This document shows positions 37,806 to 46,373 of a DNA stretch of 64,000 nucleotides, piece by piece. Origin of the DNA: a virus; IMG/VR virus record IMGVR_UViG_3300018422_000001, positions 1 to 64,000 of that record; one strand, given 5' to 3'. The position numbers and the translations under genes are program-made. Below the pieces are notes generated by a model. The model searched no databases. It saw only the letters and a program-made list of their open reading frames with translations, and was not told the origin of the DNA. How positions within the stretch are numbered: the first letter of the stretch is position 1; each line of letters starts with the position of its first letter.

Positions 37806-39074
37806 ATGGCGATGCTAGTCAGACTCAAGCCGATCAACGAGCGCAAGGGCTTCAATGTCCGGACCTACATGGTCGAGGGCGCTCGATTCTACGTCGATCG
37901 CGGTTGGTACGAGGTCGACGACTCGTTGGCCGAGCGACTCTCGACGTTGCATCAGAACTACGACGATCCCGACAGCCCGCCGCTCTTCGACGTGATGACG
38001 CGCGATGCGGCGGAGGCTCTCGAGCAGAGCGAGATCGATCGCGAAGCGAACGCCCGTGCGTCGGCAAGTCGACCGGCTACCGCGCAAGGCTCGCGACGTG
38101 TCTCTACGCCGGGCCGCGCACGATCGAACCGCGAAGGCGAGGGTGACTTGACCTCGGCCGACGTGACGGGTCGCAGGCAGCTTCTCGACCCGGATCCCGA
38201 CGGCGACGAGCTGATCAACGAGAACGACGAAGGCCGAGCGGAGCGCTACTACCACGGGCCTCGGAACAACCCGAGCCACAAGAACAAGCATCAGCACGAA
38301 GACGACGGCACCGAGAGCGCGCCGGACTACGACGGCACCGACTCGGGCGCTGACAGCGGGCCCGACAACACGCTTTCGAGCGGCAACTTTCTCTCGCGCG
38401 ACGAGCCGAAGAACGACGAAGAGCGGAACGGCCGTGAGCGAGTGACCGAGATCGCTCGCGTCAAAGCGGTAGCCGACAAGACCCGAGCGCTCGAGAAGAT
38501 TCATCGGCGCGACACGGCCGATGATCGCGAAGAGCACGATCGAGAGGTCGACAGCGAGCAGGCGAGCCGGCACGACAAGGATCCGGCCGAGATGTTTGCT
38601 CGCACCAAGACGCTCGAGGTCACTCAGTACGATGACGTCGAGAAGCCCGAGACTCATTTTCTTCGAGGTCGCGGCGAGCGGCACGAGGAACACAAAGAGC
38701 GCGCGCGGGCGCAGCAGTTGGCTCAGGACAAGACTCAGGTCGGGCGCAACAAGCCCGACGTCGAGCATCACACCGACGAGACCCGCGAAGTGCACGCGGC
38801 CCGCAAGCGAGTCGAGCACGACCGTACGAATCCCGATCGCACTCGTGTGTCGGCCCGACCCGAGGACCAGGAGATCGTCGAGAGTGCGAAGCGAGAGCAC
38901 GCGACCCGCAAGGGCGAGCATGCGACCCGAGTGAAGGCAGACCCGCAGCTCTCTGCCAAGGATGCTCCGCAGCACAGCGCGTCCGAGAAGACGAAGGTCG
39001 AGGTGTCCGAGCGCAGCCGCGCAGAGAACGCGGCTCGCACTGAGAGCGGGCGTTCGCAGAGGCGCAAGCACTAG
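37806..39074 (+). CDS. 422-aa protein: ~85-aa folded-looking N-domain plus long highly charged low-complexity tail
   Basis: AAGGA before ATG 37806. The tail is dominated by D, E, R, K and H. Confidence 0.6.
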   Translation: MAMLVRLKPINERKGFNVRTYMVEGARFYVDRGWYEVDDSLAERLSTLHQNYDDPDSPPLFDVMTRDAAEALEQSEIDREANARASASRPATAQGSRRVSTPGRARSNREGEGDLTSADVTGRRQLLDPDPDGDELINENDEGRAERYYHGPRNNPSHKNKHQHEDDGTESAPDYDGTDSGADSGPDNTLSSGNFLSRDEPKNDEERNGRERVTEIARVKAVADKTRALEKIHRRDTADDREEHDREVDSEQASRHDKDPAEMFARTKTLEVTQYDDVEKPETHFLRGRGERHEEHKERARAQQLAQDKTQVGRNKPDVEHHTDETREVHAARKRVEHDRTNPDRTRVSARPEDQEIVESAKREHATRKGEHATRVKADPQLSAKDAPQHSASEKTKVEVSERSRAENAARTESGRSQRRKH

Positions 39075-39078
39075 ACTG

Positions 39079-39100
39079 CACCCCGAGAGCGGGGTTGTTC
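39079..39100 (+). terminator. weak hairpin ACCCCG-AGAG-CGGGGT followed by TGTTCC
   Basis: Read directly. Confidence 0.35.
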
Positions 39101-39141
39101 CGAGCGGGCAAGCTTACTCGCTCGAGAGAGGGTGAATCGCA

Positions 39142-39807
39142 GTGCCGAGCCTCTACGCGACTGCCGATCAACTTCGCGGCGAGGGCGTTGCCGAAGAGAC
39201 GACTGATGCACGGCTGCTCGAGAAGATCGGCCGTGCATCGCGTCAGATCGACCGTTGGTGTGGATGGTGGTTCTGGCCGAAGCCGATGTCGATCGTGCTC
39301 GATGGCACGGGCGCTCACATCCTGCAGCTCGGCATTCCAATCTGCGATCTGACCGGCATGGTGATCGACGGCGAGGACACGCCTCTCACCGAGGTCCGCG
39401 TGTACAACCGACACCTCACTCAGGATCTGACCAATCCCGACGATCGGAACAACCCAAAGCTCGTTTGGGATGGTCGATTCCCGCGCGGCACGGTCAACAC
39501 GCGGCTTACCGGCTTCTTCGGCTACACCGATTTCAGCGAGAGCGATCCGCTTGGCGAGACGCCGGTTCTGATCACTCAGGCATGCGCGATGATGGTGATC
39601 GCGGATCTCGCAGCGCTCGGTGATTCAGACGCTCGAGACGAAGCGCGCAACCGCGGTCGAGTGACGGGGCTACGCACTCGCGATCAAGAGATCTCGTATG
39701 CCGCGCCGGCGCGTGACGCTCGAGGCGTCGGCGCGTGGACCGGCGACAGCGCGATCGACAGCATCATCGCTTCGTATCGCAGGCCGCCGACGCTCGGTGC
39801 CGTCTGA
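39142..39807 (+). CDS. head-tail connector (gp6-like) protein
   Basis: LYATADQLRGEGV...ARLLEKIGRASRQIDRWCG, an N-terminal pattern typical of gp6-like adaptors. Confidence 0.6.
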   Translation: MPSLYATADQLRGEGVAEETTDARLLEKIGRASRQIDRWCGWWFWPKPMSIVLDGTGAHILQLGIPICDLTGMVIDGEDTPLTEVRVYNRHLTQDLTNPDDRNNPKLVWDGRFPRGTVNTRLTGFFGYTDFSESDPLGETPVLITQACAMMVIADLAALGDSDARDEARNRGRVTGLRTRDQEISYAAPARDARGVGAWTGDSAIDSIIASYRRPPTLGAV

Positions 39808-40010
39808 TGAGTGAGCGCACTGTTTTCACGTGCGACCGATGCGGGCGCGAGACGACGCTCCCTGAGAAGCGCGGGCTAGGCGAGCAGTTTCGAGTTACGG
39901 TCATCGATTGCGGGCCTGTGATGCGCGGCATGGACAACAACGTGACCAAGATGCAGATTTGCGCGACGTGCACAGAGGCTCTTCGAACCTGGCTCCGCGG
40001 TGATGAATGA
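39807..40010 (+). CDS. small Zn-ribbon protein (67 aa)
   Basis: CDRCG...CATC. ATGA-coupled. Confidence 0.45.
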   Translation: MSERTVFTCDRCGRETTLPEKRGLGEQFRVTVIDCGPVMRGMDNNVTKMQICATCTEALRTWLRGDE

Positions 40011-40189
40011 GTCGGTCGCGGAACAGTCGGCGAGGTCGGAAGTGCAACCGGCCGATCAGCGGTCTCACGAAGCTCGACCGCGCGATCGAGCATGGTCGAC
40101 GGCGTGCGGCTCTCAAGCGAGAGGCGCCGGGCGACGAGACGAAGGTCGAGCGGCATCACGAGCGCTGGGATAAATGGAACTGGGATTGA
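40007..40189 (+). CDS. small basic protein (60 aa)
   Basis: ORF track. ATGA-coupled. Confidence 0.4.
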   Translation: MSRSRNSRRGRKCNRPISGLTKLDRAIEHGRRRAALKREAPGDETKVERHHERWDKWNWD

Positions 40190-40198
40190 GGTGCTGTC

Positions 40199-40732
40199 GT
40201 GCCGAGAGGTCGTCTGGTCTTCCCGTTCATCGTTGAGCTTGGCTTGCTCGACACCGCTGCGACTGCGGCGGATCCCGACGGCCCGGGCCCGCTCGCATCG
40301 GGCTACGATGACGAGTTCCGTGAGCCTGTGATGATCGCTCCGACGACAGGCAGTGCGCGCGGGCAGATCCGGCGAGTCGAGCGTGTCGAGCGATTCAAGG
40401 CGCAGGTCGAAGACGACACGGCCGATGCGTTGCAGATGGCCGCTGCAGGCAACAGCCCGACGAGTACGATGGGCCTCGTGTTCCACTTCGCGGATCTCGA
40501 GAAGTGCGGCGCCGTGCAGATGAGCACGGGCAAGCCGTCGATCAAGGCGCCGGGCGCGCGGCTGATCGCGATCTACAACCCTCGCAGCGGACAGCTGATC
40601 GAGAGGTTCGATGCCGAGCCCGGTCTCTATGCAACGCAGGCGAAGAGTCTCGGCTTTGGTCTCGGGCCCGATCGAAACCTTCTGCTCGTGATCTTCCAAG
40701 AGCGCTCGGTCAGCGCTCAAGCGACGAGCTGA
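40199..40732 (+). CDS. head-closure / neck protein (putative)
   Basis: Position between the connector and the tail-completion gene. GAGG before GTG 40199. Confidence 0.45.
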   Translation: MPRGRLVFPFIVELGLLDTAATAADPDGPGPLASGYDDEFREPVMIAPTTGSARGQIRRVERVERFKAQVEDDTADALQMAAAGNSPTSTMGLVFHFADLEKCGAVQMSTGKPSIKAPGARLIAIYNPRSGQLIERFDAEPGLYATQAKSLGFGLGPDRNLLLVIFQERSVSAQATS

Positions 40733-40733
40733 T

Positions 40734-41408
40734 GTGTTCAAGATCCAACTCACGGGCGACTGGTCGAAAGCGAAGGGGATCCTAGGCGACTCGACCAACC
40801 TCAAAGCCGCGATCAACTACGCCGTCCAACAAGAGGCGCAGCAAGTCAGGCGACAGATCGTCAAGGGCATCACGTCGCAGGCGCCGGGCGGCAAACAGTT
40901 CGCTCCGCTCGCGGCGACAACGCTCGCTCTGCGCAAAGCGAAAGGCTTCAAGGGCAGCAAGGCTCTGCTCATCTCGGGCGGCTTGCGTGGCTCGGTGGTC
41001 GCCAAGCCGATGAGCACGGGCAAAGCGTTCGTCGGCGTGCTGCGTAACGCGCGCGGCAAGGACGGCAAGGAACTCGTGAACATCGCTCAAGTGCACGAGT
41101 TCGGCGCGACGATCGTGATCCGAGTCACGCCTCGCATGCGTCGGTTTCTCATGGCGGGCCTATCGAAGAGCAAGCTTGGTAAGCCGAAAGAGAGCGGCGG
41201 GCGCGACAAGGGCGGTCGCTTCAAGAAGTGGAAGTTCAAAGCGAGCGGCGGCGGGCAGTTGAGCAAAGGGGTGATCGTGATCAAGGTTCCGGCGCGGCCC
41301 TTCATCGGGCCGGTGATCGATCAAGTGCTCGCGAATCCGAAAGCTCTGCGGCGCCGACTCGCGACACGAATCGCCAAGAAGCTCCGGCTCGCTCTCGGTT
41401 CGGCGTAG
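40734..41408 (+). CDS. virion morphogenesis / tail completion protein (HK97 gp10- or Mu gpG-like)
   Basis: QAPGGKQFAPLAATTLALRKAKGFKGSKALLISGGLRGS...IAQVHEFG. Confidence 0.55.
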   Translation: MFKIQLTGDWSKAKGILGDSTNLKAAINYAVQQEAQQVRRQIVKGITSQAPGGKQFAPLAATTLALRKAKGFKGSKALLISGGLRGSVVAKPMSTGKAFVGVLRNARGKDGKELVNIAQVHEFGATIVIRVTPRMRRFLMAGLSKSKLGKPKESGGRDKGGRFKKWKFKASGGGQLSKGVIVIKVPARPFIGPVIDQVLANPKALRRRLATRIAKKLRLALGSA

Positions 41409-41417
41409 GCTTGCGCC

Positions 41418-42392
41418 GTGAGCATCCCGACGATCACAAGCGTGAGCCCCGCACGAGGCCACACGGGCGGCCTCGGTCTCGTCGAGGTGTTGGGTACCGG
41501 CTTCAAGACGTGGGCCGTACCGGAGCCGACAGGGGGCCCGAGCGGGCCTGTCTGGCCGACGGTGCAAGTGCTCTTCGGCGGGCGACCCGGCATGCATGTC
41601 GCGGTGGTCTCGTCGACTCGGCTCTTTGTGCGCGCGCCTCCGACACCGCTTGCAGTCTCGGGCCCGGGCTACGGTGAGGGCTCGGTCGACGTGACGGTCC
41701 GGAACCTCACCGAGAGCGGAACAGTCGTGACTGCCGAGAGCGCGACGCTTGCCGGGGCGTACAGCTACGAGCGACCGCAACTCGGGCACATGACGGATCT
41801 AGGCCGCTTGGTGCGAGAGCTGATCCGCGCGCTCCGCTCGCAGACGCTCACCAACGTTTCGATCTCGACGCACACCGATTGGGATGGTGACGTCTCGGAT
41901 CTAGAAAACATCGTCGAAGTGGCTTCGTTGCCGGCGGTGGTGTTGTTCGGTCCGAGGCTGATCGAGAACAAGTTTTTCACTCAACACGGCATGTTGACGG
42001 CTGCCGCTCCGGGCGGCGGATTCGCGGTGAGGCCCGCGCCGCAGACCGACGATCTCGTGTTCATGCTGGTCGGCGTGAGCAATCAGAAGCTCGAGGCATT
42101 CGCTCTGCAGTCGACGGTCCGGCAGTTCTTCAAGAAGAACCCCTGGCTGTATCTCGAGCGCGATCCCGAGCAACCCGATCTCGGCTTCGTCAAATACGAC
42201 ATGGTCCTAGATCCCGCGGGCATCGGCTTCGATCCGGTCACGGACCAGAAGTCGAACCTCAGATCCTTTTCCGGTAGCTTCGTCGTGCGTGGCTTCGACC
42301 ACGAAGACCTCGCGAGCTTCCCAGGGGACGACCTAATCGGTCGAGGCGAGATCGTCACGTCACCGGAGATCATGACCGTCAAGAAGGGCTGA
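41418..42392 (+). CDS. structural protein with N-terminal IPT/TIG (Ig-like) domain
   Basis: PTITSVSPARGHTGGLGLVEVLGTGF...VLFGGRPGMHVAVVSSTRLFVRAPP. Confidence 0.55.
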   Translation: MSIPTITSVSPARGHTGGLGLVEVLGTGFKTWAVPEPTGGPSGPVWPTVQVLFGGRPGMHVAVVSSTRLFVRAPPTPLAVSGPGYGEGSVDVTVRNLTESGTVVTAESATLAGAYSYERPQLGHMTDLGRLVRELIRALRSQTLTNVSISTHTDWDGDVSDLENIVEVASLPAVVLFGPRLIENKFFTQHGMLTAAAPGGGFAVRPAPQTDDLVFMLVGVSNQKLEAFALQSTVRQFFKKNPWLYLERDPEQPDLGFVKYDMVLDPAGIGFDPVTDQKSNLRSFSGSFVVRGFDHEDLASFPGDDLIGRGEIVTSPEIMTVKKG

Positions 42393-42393
42393 A

Positions 42394-42684
42394 ATGGCAT
42401 CCACGCTCAAGAACGATTCACGACAAGCGGTGGTGCTGATCTTGGATCATCCCGCCTTTCACACGAAGGCCCATGGCTGGCGCCGCACGACCGAAAGCTT
42501 TGCGTCGCAGAACGCAAACGGCGTGCAGTCGATCGTGGAGAAGCGACGGTCCTACCCGGGCTCGCTCACGCTGCAGCCGGGCGAGAAGGTCGAGGGTCTC
42601 GACGACGCGATCGCCGAGTGCTCGCAGGTGCCCGGGTTGATCGCGACACGAGTTCTTTCGATTCGCACGGAGGCTAGCCGATGA
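42394..42684 (+). CDS. small hypothetical tail-module protein (96 aa)
   Basis: ORF track. ATGA-coupled to the sheath gene. Confidence 0.5.
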   Translation: MASTLKNDSRQAVVLILDHPAFHTKAHGWRRTTESFASQNANGVQSIVEKRRSYPGSLTLQPGEKVEGLDDAIAECSQVPGLIATRVLSIRTEASR

Positions 42685-44627
42685 GCGCGCAGTTACTCAG
42701 CTCGAAGATCGTGATCCAAGAAGAGCCGCCCTCGCTTCGCACGATCCAGAACGTTGCGAGCGGTGTGCTCGCGATGCCCGGGATCTCTGCAAAGGGCCCG
42801 GTCGGCGTCTCGACGCTCGTGACGTCGTTCGAAGAATTCGTCCGCATCTTCGGCGGCGACATCCCGAACGGCATCGCGGCAAGCGCGGCTCGAGGCTACT
42901 TCTCGGGCGGCGGGCGGCGAATGTACTTCACTCGCGTCGTGCACTATGACGACATCACGATCCCGACCTCGCAGACGAGCCTCCGGGGAACACTCGAGCT
43001 GTCGACTGCAGCGGCGGCGCCCTCGAGTGGCCGACTCGTAGGAACAGTCGTCGGGCCGTATGCGCTCGAGGATGGCGCGACTCTGATCATCGCGGTCGAT
43101 GGCGCGCCGGGCGTATCGGTGGCCATCGAAGCGGCAGACGTCGACGACATCGAGGCAGTGACGGGAGCCGAGATCAAAACGATCGTCGAAGCCGCGGTCG
43201 ACGGCGTGCTCGTGACGGTGGTCGGCGGCGCGTTGCAGATCGCGTCGACGACGACGGGCGCCTCGAGCAGTGTTCAGGTGACTGCGCTCTCGACGGCAGA
43301 TGACGAGTTGGGCCTCGACAACCTCGTGCACTCGGGCAGCTCGGGCGCCGCAGTGCCGACGCTGACGATCGATGCGAAGTACGACGGCACCTACTCGAAC
43401 GATCTGACGGTGCTGATCACGGCAGCGACTTCGGGCGACCCGAGCGAGTTCAATCTTCGTGTGCTCGATGGCGGCTACGTCGTCGCGACCTACCCGAATC
43501 TCACGATGGTCGATTGGGCACCTCGCTACGTCGCGACGGTGATCAACGCGACAGATGGTTCGGGATCGGAACACATTCAAGTCGAGGTGATCGGCGCCTC
43601 GGCTGATGCGCTAGCCGAGCGGCCGAGCAACAGCCCCGGCAGCCCGCCTGTCGCATTCGGGCCGCTCGTCGGCGGGGACGATGGGCTCGTTGGGCTGACC
43701 GATGTCGACTTCGCAGGCGACTCGTCGAGTCACCTCGGATTCTTCGCGTTCAATCTCAATGCCGACGTCGACTTGCTCATCTGCCCGGACCGAGCCACGC
43801 CTGCGGTTCACAACGCGGGGCTCTCGTACGTGTCTGTGACACGTAAGCAAGAGGTCTTCTTCATTGCAGACCCGCCCGCGGGCCTGAGCCCTGAAGGGAT
43901 CAACATCTACGTCGACAGCACGGCGTCGCTTCGAGAGCTGACCGAATCCGGTGCAATCTACTGGCCTCGAGTGAAAGTGCTCAACCCGAACAAGTCGGTA
44001 TTCGGATCGAGCGATACGATCATCGTGCCGCCGTCGGGGCACGTCGCAGGCATGTTTGCTCGCACGGACAGCAATCGTGTCGGCGGCATCTACGATCCCC
44101 CGGGCGGTGTCGAGCGCGGCACGTTGCCGGGCGTGCTCGGATTCGAAAACGATCAGGTGATGGACGAAGACGTTCGCGATCTGATCGTGCCGATGCGCAT
44201 CAACCCGATCACCAAGCTCCGCGGGCAGCCGATCGCGGTCGACGACGTGCTCACGCTCAAGGGCAGTGGCTCGTTCCCGACCATCGGAGAGCGACGCGGT
44301 GTCAGCTACATCGAGCGCTCGATCAAAGATGGGATTCAGTTTGCGCGACTGCGCAACAACGACGAATCCCTGCGAGACGAGTTGGATCGCACGATCGAAG
44401 CGTTCTTGCTCGTGCAGACGAAGCTCGGCGCGTTCCGCAGTAAAGACCCTGCAAAGGCATTCTTCGTCGACGTCGGCGATGGGCTCAACCCGCCGTCCGA
44501 GCAGTTTGCGGGCAAGGTGAATGCTCGTATCGGTCTCGCAACGCAGAAGCCCGCTCGGTTTCTGATCCTCTCGTTCGCACAAGACACGCGCGCCATCGAC
44601 GAAGAGATTGCTGCCGCTGCCGGCTGA
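42681..44627 (+). CDS. contractile tail sheath protein
   Basis: 648 aa immediately upstream of a gp19-type tube gene. GVSYIERSIKDG and LSFAQD-type C-terminal pattern. Confidence 0.85.
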   Translation: MSAQLLSSKIVIQEEPPSLRTIQNVASGVLAMPGISAKGPVGVSTLVTSFEEFVRIFGGDIPNGIAASAARGYFSGGGRRMYFTRVVHYDDITIPTSQTSLRGTLELSTAAAAPSSGRLVGTVVGPYALEDGATLIIAVDGAPGVSVAIEAADVDDIEAVTGAEIKTIVEAAVDGVLVTVVGGALQIASTTTGASSSVQVTALSTADDELGLDNLVHSGSSGAAVPTLTIDAKYDGTYSNDLTVLITAATSGDPSEFNLRVLDGGYVVATYPNLTMVDWAPRYVATVINATDGSGSEHIQVEVIGASADALAERPSNSPGSPPVAFGPLVGGDDGLVGLTDVDFAGDSSSHLGFFAFNLNADVDLLICPDRATPAVHNAGLSYVSVTRKQEVFFIADPPAGLSPEGINIYVDSTASLRELTESGAIYWPRVKVLNPNKSVFGSSDTIIVPPSGHVAGMFARTDSNRVGGIYDPPGGVERGTLPGVLGFENDQVMDEDVRDLIVPMRINPITKLRGQPIAVDDVLTLKGSGSFPTIGERRGVSYIERSIKDGIQFARLRNNDESLRDELDRTIEAFLLVQTKLGAFRSKDPAKAFFVDVGDGLNPPSEQFAGKVNARIGLATQKPARFLILSFAQDTRAIDEEIAAAAG

Positions 44628-44641
44628 TAGGAAGACAGCGC

Positions 44642-45112
44642 ATGAGCATCATCGGACAACCACGTCACTTTCATACGAAGTTCAAATTCCGAGTCGAGAT
44701 CGATGGCCTGGGCAGTGCTGCGTTTCAGAGCTGCAGCGAGCTGAAAGCCGAGATTGCGAAGATCGAATACTTCGAGGGCGGCGCGATCACGCCTGACAAG
44801 CAACCCGGGCGCATGACGGTGAGTGACATCACTCTCGAGCGAGCCGTGACGAAGGATGTCGATCTGTACACGTGGTTCCAGATCACGGCCAACGCGGTCG
44901 CGAATGGCGGCTTGCGCAGCCCCTTCTTCAAGCGCAACGGATCGATCGTGCAGTACGACCGGGACAATGCGGTGATGCGTCGGTGGCAGCTCGCTGGGCT
45001 CTGGCCGGTCTCGTATGTCGGCGGCGCGTGGGACAACAACAGCGACGAGTTTGCGATGGAGCAGATCGTGCTGTCGCTCGACTGGTTCCTGCTCAAGAAG
45101 AACGCTCTCTAG
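44642..45112 (+). CDS. tail tube protein (T4 gp19 / eCIS tube family)
   Basis: FKFRVEIDGLGSAAFQSCSELKAEIAKIEYFEGG...GRMTVSDITLERAV. Confidence 0.85.
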   Translation: MSIIGQPRHFHTKFKFRVEIDGLGSAAFQSCSELKAEIAKIEYFEGGAITPDKQPGRMTVSDITLERAVTKDVDLYTWFQITANAVANGGLRSPFFKRNGSIVQYDRDNAVMRRWQLAGLWPVSYVGGAWDNNSDEFAMEQIVLSLDWFLLKKNAL

Positions 45113-45120
45113 TGACCTCG

Positions 45121-45237
45121 ATGCAACCGCTAGTGGTCGGGGTACGGTTGAGCTGGCTCGCTTTCTTCGCTCAACTGTTCCTCGGCTTTCTGGCGGGCAT
45201 CGCGGGCGGCGCTCTGTATGCGTGGCTCACGTCGTGA
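45121..45237 (+). CDS. possible 38-aa hydrophobic micro-protein
   Basis: MQPLVVGVRLSWLAFFAQLFLGFLAGIAGGALYAWLTS. Very short. Confidence 0.3.
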   Translation: MQPLVVGVRLSWLAFFAQLFLGFLAGIAGGALYAWLTS

Positions 45238-45320
45238 GCAAGCCTGGCAAAGACAATTGGTGAGCCTCGAGAGAATCAACCTGGTTGAGGCCCGCACCGG
45301 GCCCGACAAGGACGATTCGA

Positions 45321-46091
45321 ATGAGCAAAGAGATCGAGCTGGACTGCCCCTCTGGGCTTCGCGTACGGCTTCGCGGGATCAAGGGCAAGGACCTAGACGG
45401 GTTGCGCGACAAGCGCCGTGTGCAGACCGGAGAGGGCTTCAGTCGGCTTCTCGACGAGTGCACGCTCGAGGTGCTCGACCACGGGCCCTACAAGGCCGGT
45501 GGCTGGCGCTGGGCCGATGCTCTGGTCGGCGACCGAGTGCGCGCTATGATCGGGGTACGCGTGGCGACGTCGGGCGCCCTTTACGCGTTTCGAGCGCGAT
45601 GCTCGAACGAGGATTGTAAAAAGTGGATCGATTGGGAGGTCGACATGCTCGACTTGCCAATGAAGAAGCTGCCTGCCGAGTCACGCGCGACGTTTCTCGC
45701 GGGCAACCGCTTCGAGACGATTGCGGGTGAGAAACTCGTGACGTTTCGTCTGACGACGGGCGAGGATCAGGTCCGAGCATTTCGGAAGCGTGAGCAAGTC
45801 GCCGCCTCGCAGAAGAGACAGCAACGAGAGGGCGGTGCCGCCGCTCAGGTCCCGCAAGTGATGCTCGGGCTTGCGATGCGGATCGTCGAGGTCGAGGGCG
45901 AGCCCGATGTGATGTCGTTTCTCGGCGAGCTAGATCTCGGCGAGGTGCATCGGCTCAGTCGCGCGATGGACGCGGTCGACTGCGGCATCGAGACGACGAT
46001 CGACATCGTCTGCCAAGAGTGCTCGGAGGTCACTGCCACGGAACTCCCTTTGGACGCGACGTTCTTTCGACCGATGACGACAACGGCCTAG
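45321..46091 (+). CDS. tail assembly chaperone (G-like, short form)
   Basis: Position between tube and tape measure. AAGGA before ATG 45321. Overlapped by a -1 frame ORF. Confidence 0.6.
   Translation: MSKEIELDCPSGLRVRLRGIKGKDLDGLRDKRRVQTGEGFSRLLDECTLEVLDHGPYKAGGWRWADALVGDRVRAMIGVRVATSGALYAFRARCSNEDCKKWIDWEVDMLDLPMKKLPAESRATFLAGNRFETIAGEKLVTFRLTTGEDQVRAFRKREQVAASQKRQQREGGAAAQVPQVMLGLAMRIVEVEGEPDVMSFLGELDLGEVHRLSRAMDAVDCGIETTIDIVCQECSEVTATELPLDATFFRPMTTTA
46046..46052 (+). other. candidate -1 programmed frameshift slippery heptamer C CCT TTG
   Basis: X XXY YYZ pattern in the 0 frame of 45321..46091. The -1 frame continues open to 46333. Confidence 0.5.
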
Positions 46092-46333
46092 AGATCCTCG
46101 CCGCTGTCTTGCCGCCGTTCGAGAAGCCAGAAGGCGAGTCGGGCGAGAACGTGCTGACGTGGCAAGAGATCCGGTTTGAGCTGATGTGGATTCAGCACGG
46201 CGGATCCGGGCTCGCGATGTCATTCGCGGAGGTCAACGACCTCGACATCGACGAGATCGTCTGGTTGCTCGAGGCGCAGCACGAACGGCGTAAGACAGAG
46301 TCAGAGGCGATCAAGCGAGCCGGTCGCAGGTGA
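46052..46333 (+). CDS. -1 frame extension of the tail assembly chaperone (GT-like long form 45321..46052 + 46052..46333)
   Basis: ORF 46019..46333 overlaps the chaperone 3' end in the -1 frame and ends 41 nt before the tape measure start. Confidence 0.5.
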   Translation, partial: GRDVLSTDDDNGLEILAAVLPPFEKPEGESGENVLTWQEIRFELMWIQHGGSGLAMSFAEVNDLDIDEIVWLLEAQHERRKTESEAIKRAGRR

Positions 46334-46334
46334 G

Positions 46335-46366
46335 ATGTGGCCCCGGGGTTACAACCCCGGGTAGCC
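46335..46366. repeat. 18-bp palindrome family copy e (ATGTGGCCCCGGGGTTACAA plus second arm CCCCGGGTAGCC)
   Basis: Between the chaperone and tape measure genes. Confidence 0.8.
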
Positions 46367-46373
46367 TCATCCT

